The notes below the pieces were generated by a model. That model searched no databases. It was not told the origin of the DNA and saw only the letters and a list, made by a program, of their open reading frames with translations. A program made the position numbers and the translations under genes. From contig JAUCBJ010000847.1 in assembly GCA_032718475.1 (NCBI GenBank), positions 1-57,711 of the forward strand: a stretch of DNA of 57,711 bases, in the 5' to 3' direction. This stretch comes from Nemertoderma westbladi. Taxonomy: Eukaryota; Animalia; Xenacoelomorpha. How positions within the stretch are numbered: the stretch's first letter is position 1; each line of letters opens with the position of its first letter. Below, one piece after another: positions 36,174 to 57,711 of this stretch.

Positions 36174-38366
36174 CGTAATGATAAACAACACTATAATATT
36201 AATACTATATAATAATAATACGAAATATGAATCCTACGACCCTCAATTGGCCAAAATCAACATTGTCATTTGTAATGTCAACTAATATTTAATGGTCATT
36301 CTATCTTTCCAATATTTTTTTTGTTCAAAAATGTTAGTAACACTTTGCGATTTTGATTAAAATAAGCGTTGACTTTAAATTAAATTAGGCAGAAGCAGTT
36401 AAGCGTGCATTAGCAACATAAATAAATCAGTTATAATAATAATATATAAGGAAGCCTGTAACAAAAGCACAACACTAAATAAATTAACATGGCTAATATT
36501 ATGAGAGTTAGGCCTATAACGTTATGAAAATTTCCAAGCTTCTACATCTATAGTATACGGTTAACCCATTACATTATGGATACACATTACTTGCGCTAAA
36601 ACCACGGTATCAGTAAATTTAATCAATTACTATGCCATTCACCCCACAAATATTTCGAAGGCCTTTTAACGAACGGTCCTCAGTTCCTAGTATAATTACT
36701 ATTTTACGATAAATATTGTTGTGGCGAATAATCCAGTTAACATAAATATGATTTTGATTTTGTGTTAGGGAATAAAATAATTAATTAACTAACAATCTTA
36801 AGTACAGAGTAAAATTCCAGCTACAGCATTCTTTATGAAATAAATTTATAATATTAGATTACTAATAGAGACCCAATATAATATACGCAATAGATAACAT
36901 AAGTCGCAGTCAGAATAAAAATGTCCGTTTATCTGAAGGAGTTTTTCTAAAATACGAAATAATTCAAACAAATTTACTCAAAATTAGTTTTCTGAGGATA
37001 AAATATCGTAAAAAGGGCGTCGATGAAATTATTTCGCAATTACAGAGAACACAGTGATTTACTTGCGAACTAGCATAATACTAAAAAATTATATTTAATC
37101 CTAATTAAATCGCCTACTATAAATATATATTGACTTTTTTGTGTTTATAGTTATTTTCCAATAGAGGTACAGACGTACTGAACTTACAAACAATGTTTCT
37201 TACATTAAATGAAAGTTGCGACTCATCTGACACTTTAAAAGAGAACCTTAATAATAATATATGTAAAATTAAATAGTTGTTAAGTGAAAACTTATCATGC
37301 AAAAGTTTTTATAAATAGTTGTTAAACAAAATTTGGTTATGTTTATGGTGAAATACGGTTGCTATGGAAGCAATAGACGTGTTCTGGAACGATGCAATTT
37401 TGTTGGCAAACTAGCTGGTGTAATTGTAAACAATCCCCAGAATATCTACGACTTACAAAAATAACAATGAACAAACACAAAAAAGACAACGTTTAAAACT
37501 AAAAAAGTGTATCTGACGACGGAGATGAAAAAAAAAACATGTTTGTGTTGCTAAAAACACAGCGGGGAGGAAAAAATACTGAGATAATTTCCTGAAAGTA
37601 AGTAGCCTTTATATAAAACAACAAGTCGTGGTTATATCATTGTCAGAGTCTATGAAGGAATAGGCAAGGTATATAAGAGACGTAAGTTAAAGTACAAAAA
37701 TGACTAATTATTACACATTCAAAATTAAGGAATCGTTACCAAAAGTAAAATAACACAGGCTCATTACACAACATGTGGCATGGCATTAAAACAACAGCAA
37801 AAAAACAATTTAAATTCTAAATACCGTTAACAATATACCTAATAAATTTATTTAATTTACCGCGTAGAGAGAATGAGTGGGGGGTGGGGTTAAGGAAAGC
37901 CGCAATGCGGCAGATACGGGGGGGCAATGACACAGACAGGCCTTAATATCCAATCAATTAAAAGCAATCCTATAGAGATACAGCGGCCAATCTCATAATT
38001 ATTTATGATAAAAATAAAATACCAATAAATATGGGAACCTTCATTCCTACCCTACTCTGAATAATAATAATAATAATAAATAGATCAATTTTCTACAATT
38101 TCAGAACATAGAATAGAAGTTACAATTATAGCAACAAGAGAGAGGCCAATCGAATAACCCTCCAATGAGAGATAATGAGTACACCCATTGGCTGGTGTTG
38201 CACAACGTTCAGGAATACTGTTTAACGGGAATAGCTGATCACAACCAATCACCGTCTTCCGAGCAATGGCAACACAACCAATCATTATCCGCCTCTTCCG
38301 ATGATGGCACAAAGTTACCGATTCCACCAATCAGCACCTGCCTATATCGGCTACAGACACTCCAGC

Positions 38367-51187
<12,821 letters not shown>

Positions 51188-54170
51188 TGCCAACACAAAA
51201 CACTGCCAGGAGCAGTTTGTTTGAGCCCGACAGAGAGATAAGACAAGTCACAGAGCTCATAGGAACCGATATAAAGAATCGTTCAATTATCAGTTATCAT
51301 TAATACATGACAAATCATATGTAGGCCTATTAAATATATAGACTAGTATCAGTAAAAACAGTTGCAACTAAAGATAAGCATAGCCTATATGGTACAGCAC
51401 AGGTTATATAAAATTATTTTAATGTTAATAGAAAAAAAACTTTTTCCATACCGGGAGAATGTTATATTCTTTAATAATAATCCAAAATTCCTCTCACTCA
51501 ATACTCAAAAACAAAATGCCAATAGGCCCCCAATATCCCTACTGATACAGGCTGCCAATAACCACATCCTAAGCCATGGTGTTTCAACCACGTTTATATA
51601 GGTTCCTACCGATAGTAAAAGTGTGTGCGTGAGTGAAAAGTAGAACTCTAGTGTGTGTGTAGTAAAAGTGTGTGCATGAGTGAAAAGTAGAACTCTAGTT
51701 GTACTAACTAATTAAGCGAGAGTTAGAAATTTGTTCGAGGCGGAAATATAGGAGAGTGAAAATAAGCTCACCACCGGTTGTAAACAATAACAAAAAAATC
51801 GATGAAATTGACAATTAAACCAGATGCAGTCGAGTCTAAGTTCCCAAGCAATCCAATCTCGAGAGTTAAACCAACTTTTGATGCCCCCAATTATAATATT
51901 ATGAATGATGAGACAATGAAACCTCACTTGAGGGCAGGCAGAGTGTGACATTGTCACTGGACATAATGTGTTTTTAGAACGTTAATATAATTGGAATGGT
52001 TATATAGCTTTACCCTTGATGCCTGGCGTGCGCAATATTTGGTCTGAATGATCTTTAATTTTTGGTCTGATTCTGATTGATCCAAAATTTTAAGTAGACA
52101 TTCTCAGTAACTACCAATTTATTACTGAATTGTTATATAATTAGCCCTGACTTATGTATTACTAGTCTACTACGACTACTACACAACTGACCATATTTGT
52201 TAGCTCTGGGTGAGTTTTAGACTGTTAGATGATGTGAAACTTAGAAACTTAGATGATGAAGGAGAGGCCACACATCACGCCATGTTGTTCTGTCCCTCTA
52301 AATATTAAATTTATTATATTTAAAATTTAATCATCCCGTTAAATCAGCAGTTAAATCTCTGCTCTATTTACTTCCACGCACAAAACCTGTGGATGAAGGT
52401 ACATTGCGGGTTCTTCTGTACTGTGTACCGGAACTGTATTTAGTTTAGGCTATACAGGTACTTTTAATTGCTTGTGGGGACTTTGGTTTATTATTTTGGT
52501 TAGGGTTAGAAGTTTTCAATAATTTATGATGACTAATTACACCACCAACAAGCAACAACAGGACAGTCAGATAGTGGATAATATAATTGTTATAAATATT
52601 TGGATTGTAAATTAAAATTGTATAATCATGTACTGAAATAATTTACTAGCATCCTCGAAGTTATCGATATACTGATGGTTGGCGATTTTACCTGTCGCCT
52701 GTCGGTTTGTGTCTTTTGTTGCCAATGGTTGTCAGTAGTATGTGAAAGGTGTCGGTGGTATGCGGTGGTTGTCAGTGGCGTATTTAGCAGTTTAGTCTAA
52801 CCCCTCCATTCTAATGCAATAATTTACACAATACCACAAATCTACAAATGCCTAGATGCAATAATATGATGATATGAAATGAATCTGAACACTAATTGGC
52901 CTACTGCCTACAACAACAACTTACAAAAAATGTGCTATGGTAAAGTTTTATTGTATTGTAGGACTTACTTTAACAATAATAATACCGGTACAATTAGTAT
53001 TATCTTGGAATTTTTTTAAAACGCCAAAAAACATTCAATCTGACCCCCATTGTGGCTGTGGGCGTGGGGTTGCATTGCATTGACTTGCTTGTCAGCTTGT
53101 GAATTAGGCAGTCTTCAATCTCATGGCAGTTGGGCAATGAGGTAAGATTGAATGAAAAAATAATATGGTTATAAGTCTATTTTTTTTTAATTTGGTTTGG
53201 ATCATACGCCTATAGCCAGATGCCAGACACCACATTGCTACAACGAAATATTTTTGTACCGGCACCCAATAGGCCTATTTATTTAGATCTACATTCTACA
53301 GATCGAATAAAAATCCGAAAGCCCAAATCTGAGAAAATTATTCAATCTCACCCCAGTCAGCCGGTTGAGCTAGGCCATATAACTGGTACCTAAAATTTTA
53401 GACCCAATTTTTAAATTACTATGCAGCCACAGAGCATACATCAACTAGCCAAGTTAATATTGACAGCTTGATACAACTACAACATACAAGCAAATCCAGA
53501 AATCAGGTGCTGGTAATCCTGTAATCTAAGCAGAAGCAGCTAGTGATCTGGCAGTTAGTTATGTACAATGCCAAATGATTGTAATTTCCATATTTGGCAA
53601 CCATTTTTTTTTATTATTACAATTATTTTTAAAGGTTGTAATTTATCATCTCTGACCTCCTCAAATGTTTCCATTTCGTCAAATTTTTTTTTTTTACTTT
53701 ACTTTTTAATATAACTACTGCCCCAAGGCAGCCAACTACTACCCTGTGCCTGTGGCAGTGTGGGTTTTACAGACATGCGAAAATTAACTTTGCCTGTTTC
53801 CCTATAGGGAAACATGCATATATTTCCCTATACGGAAGTATATTAAGATAATTTCCCTATACCATGGATATCTCTCACAATGACATCAAAAATTTCCCGA
53901 TAGGGAAATATTGCAAAATTTGATAAAAGTTTAGGTGGTTTGATGATAACTGATATAACTGCAAACTGCCCGTGAGCTGAAATTCCAACCTGTTTGTCAG
54001 TTTGTTGTTGTGCTTTCTATGTCTCTCTACTACATACATGCAGTACATATACAGACAGATATATCATGTAGAATATCTATAGCATAGACTGATAGATGTG
54101 TTGTTAATACCACTGTGCGTGCTTGCATCTTCTTTCATTGTCTTTGGGATAGCCTATAGGCCTATACAGA

Positions 54171-55368
54171 TGTGGGGCGAGCGACGAAAGTAAGCGAGCT
54201 TAGCATACAGGTACCACTAACTCAATCGGTGTGTCTGTTGATCTGTCCTTCTGTTGATCTGTTGTTCTGTCATGTCCAATTTTAAATGTTAATAACTCAG
54301 CCAAATGTTAATGAAATTTAACCAAACTTGGTACACATGTAGTCTGGCCAAAGTTTACAAATTTTCCAAGTTGAATTTGCGTGGGGTCTTCGTGCAGCAT
54401 CTGTGTAACTGTCTTACGGTTATATTAAATTAATCTACCCAAAAATTATTAGGCTTGGCATCAGTTGGTTGCTAGGGGAATACAGGATTACAGTATGGTA
54501 CCGGTACTGTTAACTGTTACAGTGGTACCGGTACCGTCTTCAGGTCGTTGACAAGGCTGCAAGGCCATCTGAACAACTTCTTCATCTAAACAGCTTCCGA
54601 CAGTCCGATGTATCTGGACCCGAGCAGCCGAGTGGCATCAAGATGCGATTTACTGAGGAATAAATACTACGGAATTGCTTGCTTGTCAGTAAGATTCTAT
54701 TTACTACACTGGGAATACGGCGGTCGGTCGGATCGTAATGCGGGCCACTGCCAAGTTCCTCATGCCTCACTCAGGCCACCCACCTTGGAGTGCGGTGGGA
54801 AGAGTCCGACTTACGTCGACGACTGGACGAATCGACGAGGATTGCGATTTGGGTTTAGCGGTGGCCCGGACAGCCAGATACTGGGATCGCATGGGGGAAA
54901 TTGTTGAAAGTCGGGCAGATGTGTATCGCACCGGATTACCTTCTCTGCCATGCGAAAGTGTGAGGGAAATTCGTTGTCGAATTGGGTCGGAAGCTGCGGG
55001 AATTCTACTGTTCTATGGGAATAAACCGCAGCTGTCCGGTGACTACGGACGGATACTGGGATGAACAGGTATTTCGATCGAGTTTCTTGTATTCTCGATA
55101 TTTCCTATAAACCACATGGCTTCGCATATTGAACGTGTGATTGGAAATAAGTTTATGCTACCCTTCCACCCCTTGGGTGGTAGATGTCGCAGTTATGTAT
55201 TGGTTGGTAGGAAGGGGCAGATTAAAAGAACACATACTGTCCCCCTTTCTTTGATTGATTGTCGGTATGGTTAAATTTATCAAATACTGATTTTGTGATA
55301 CAGTCGCTCAATTTTAATTTGTATCTCATAACTGGGCCTCATCCTGCGCGAAGGCCCCACGAACGTGT
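54171..55368 (+). mobile_element. HINE/DINE-1-like element, copy 2, with extra internal sequence
   Basis: Same termini as 10081-10620 (tgtggggcgagcgacgaaagtaagcgagcttag ... gggcctcatcctgcgcgaaggccccac). Confidence 0.6.
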
Positions 55369-55427
55369 ATATCTGTATATTGCATTGGTGTATTATTGCA
55401 TTTGTCTGTTTGTATTATTATATATTA

Positions 55428-55932
55428 CAGTCGGGGAGAAGTTCTATTTTCAACTGAGTTGAAATTTCAACTTTATTTTTTAAAATTCAACTTTTTATTA
55501 AAATTCAACTTTTGGAGTAGAGTTTAAAATTCAACTTTTTTTTAAATTCAACTTTTGGAGTAGGTTTGGAAATACTGAAATATGGAATTGGAATCCATTA
55601 CTGGTATTCCATTGCATAATAATTATGACATACAGCGGCAATTTCATACATCTAATAAATTCCCGTAGTATTTCAGCTAATTTGCAAATGTAATCACTTA
55701 AAAAGTTTTAAAAATAAGTATTCCCAACGGTGAAAATTTTTATTCCATCGGTAATGAGGGTTAATTTTTTTAATTACATCCATAAAAACAATAAAAACAC
55801 CCCTTCTGTGATGTCTTGCCGGCCCTTATGCGCCTCCTGCCATTTTAGAGTTGAATTTACAACTTAAAATTTGAATTTTAAAAAAAAGTCTTAAATTTCA
55901 ACTCAGTTGAAATTTGAACTTCTCCCCGACTG
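55428..55932. mobile_element. Tc1/mariner-type MITE
   Basis: TA|CAGTCGGGGAGAAGTTC ... GAACTTCTCCCCGACTG|TA, with internal ttcaac/gttgaa repeats. Confidence 0.9.
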
Positions 55933-56589
55933 TATTATCGTTATATTATATTTATTCACAGCCATTCAGCCATTGCCATAGTTTTGGTTTACAGTATAAT
56001 TCTATTTGAATTTGAGTGCGACAGTAATAAAAATAATAGGGTGGTATATGTATAGCCTGTTGTCACTTGTCAGTATGGCTGAGTACCCTTCAATGTTCCA
56101 CGATCTGAGCTCTATTAATTGGGCCTCCATCTTAGTCAGCTAAGTTCTCTAAGTGCTCTCCTCTGCTCATTCCAACTAAGTCAGGACCTTTCATCCAGTA
56201 AACCTCATATAAACGTAACATTCCAACTAAGTCAGGACCTTTGGACCTTTCATCAGTAAACCTAAGTGGATAAATGGAATCGTCAAATCTCAAATAAGGA
56301 TTATGGAACAAGCTTGGATTAGCTACAAAAATTAAAAACACTTTCTTCATTCACTTCACAGCCTACAACAAGCAAGCTAGAAACAAATGTATTTCGGTAA
56401 TTATATTTCGGCTGAAATCGAAAAGGCTACTTTTCATTTATAAATAAGTCAATGATTCAGTGCCACAGCAGAGCCAGAGACTAATTGTCAAATTGCATGC
56501 CCCTGAAATAACCAGCAAGTTATTAAATTGGTTTCGGGCGTTTCTCTCTTGTAGATACCAATGCGTCGTCATCAGTGGGAAAGCATCAC

Positions 56590-56925
56590 CATTCACCGTG
56601 GCTACCTGTTGACAGTGGTGTTCCTCTGGGAAGTGTTGCTGGAGTTTTCCTATTCCTTGGATATGTGGATGATGTTCTAATTCTAACTCTACTCATTCAT
56701 CTTTTCGCCGATGACCTCAAAAACAGCGCTATACTGCCAGACTGCTATATTTGACCCCAGTAACATCACCTCTATTGCCCCAGTGATTTGTATGACCTGT
56801 ACCGCTGGAGCAAATTGTGGCAACTTCTTTTTAACCACGACAAATGTAAGGCAGTAAGGTAATGCTCGACCACTCCCACTCACTAAAGTCCACAGATTTA
56901 CAAAAAGACTTGGGAGTCCTGTGAT
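56590..56925 (+). mobile_element. CR1/L2-type LINE reverse transcriptase fragment
   Basis: Broken frames give SPWLPVDSGVPLGSV, LFADDLK, DLYRWSKLWQLLFNHDKCK and KDLGV. Confidence 0.85.
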
Positions 56926-57454
56926 TAGTGATTGTGGATGACATTGGTGATTGGTTAATTCAACACATTACTCTTTGATACTATTATCATGAAATCTTTA
57001 GTCAGTGTCTTTCATTTCGAAGTGTGTGTTGTGCAAGGTTTAGTTTAGTTTATTTCGCCACACATGTTAAAATACATAAATACAACAAACAATTATACCT
57101 GGCATCAACTTATAAATACGCTACTGCGTGTTACACGGGATTGTTGCTAAATAATACTATACACGGGAAATAAAATTATTACATAATTATACAGTATGTT
57201 TTCCACTGTGTTAAAAAATTAAAATAACTACAATTATTATTATTATTGCACTCAAAATACACCTAATGGTGTACATCATCAAAAAGATAATTAATTTCTC
57301 TTTTAGTTGAAAATATGATGAAATGAAAATTACACTCAAAATACGATACGATATACAATAAAATCACGTAAAATAAAATACAATAAAATAAATCAGTGAT
57401 TTAAATATAAAAATTTAAATTTTTAAACGTTGGGGGGAAAGGGACATTATAAAA

Positions 57455-57711
57455 TCAATAAAGGTACCGGTGGAGAGTAAAATGCGCACTGGCTACTTGT
57501 CGCACGGGGACATCACTGTATATGTTCATAATGGCCTCCATGGCCTTGTCTAGACGGTTCTTAAAGATATTTACGGACGGATTTCCAAGGATATCACGCG
57601 CATTCACTATGTCTTCACTTAACCTATTCCATATATTCACGACCCTAGTCGCGAAACTGTTGACATGAGGCAAATGGTGACCAGCAGTATTCCGTTTGTA
57701 TAGCGCTAAAG
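57455..57711 (-). mobile_element. CR1-type LINE ORF2 3' end
   Basis: NSFATRVVNIWNRLSEDIVNA...SVNIFKNRLDK is the typical CR1 ORF2 C-terminal motif. Confidence 0.85.

Overview
AT-rich, repeat-rich genomic DNA from an invertebrate animal, with spliceosomal introns; it is not prokaryotic. I reconstructed three spliced genes by hand. (1) The 5' part of PAQR3 on the minus strand (two coding exons, 9644-8875). (2) A complete 6-exon CFAP96/C4orf47 on the plus strand (18537-29281, 300 aa), with an RFX X-box upstream. (3) A complete 7-exon G-alpha-q on the minus strand (51187-38367, 353 aa). CFAP96 intron 3 holds a tightly spaced same-strand cassette of three intronless ORFs: two paralogous unknown membrane-hairpin proteins and ACBD6, with no canonical poly(A) signal between them. 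The Gq exon 5 3' end plus its splice donor is tandemly amplified about 70 times as a 52-bp unit. Smaller donor-containing duplications occur at two CFAP96 exons, and a GTAAGT-bearing 18-bp array sits in sense orientation in a PAQR3 intron. The remainder is satellites, LINE/SINE fragments, hAT, Tc1/mariner-type, Merlin and Helentron-like elements, and a Penelope-type inverted repeat carrying a minimal hammerhead ribozyme. A back-to-back SMART/PacBio ultra-low-input adapter at 5378-5429 marks a probable chimeric assembly junction. Most ORFs in the supplied track are spurious, arising from repeats or antisense frames. All protein and element identifications are from recalled family motifs, not database searches.
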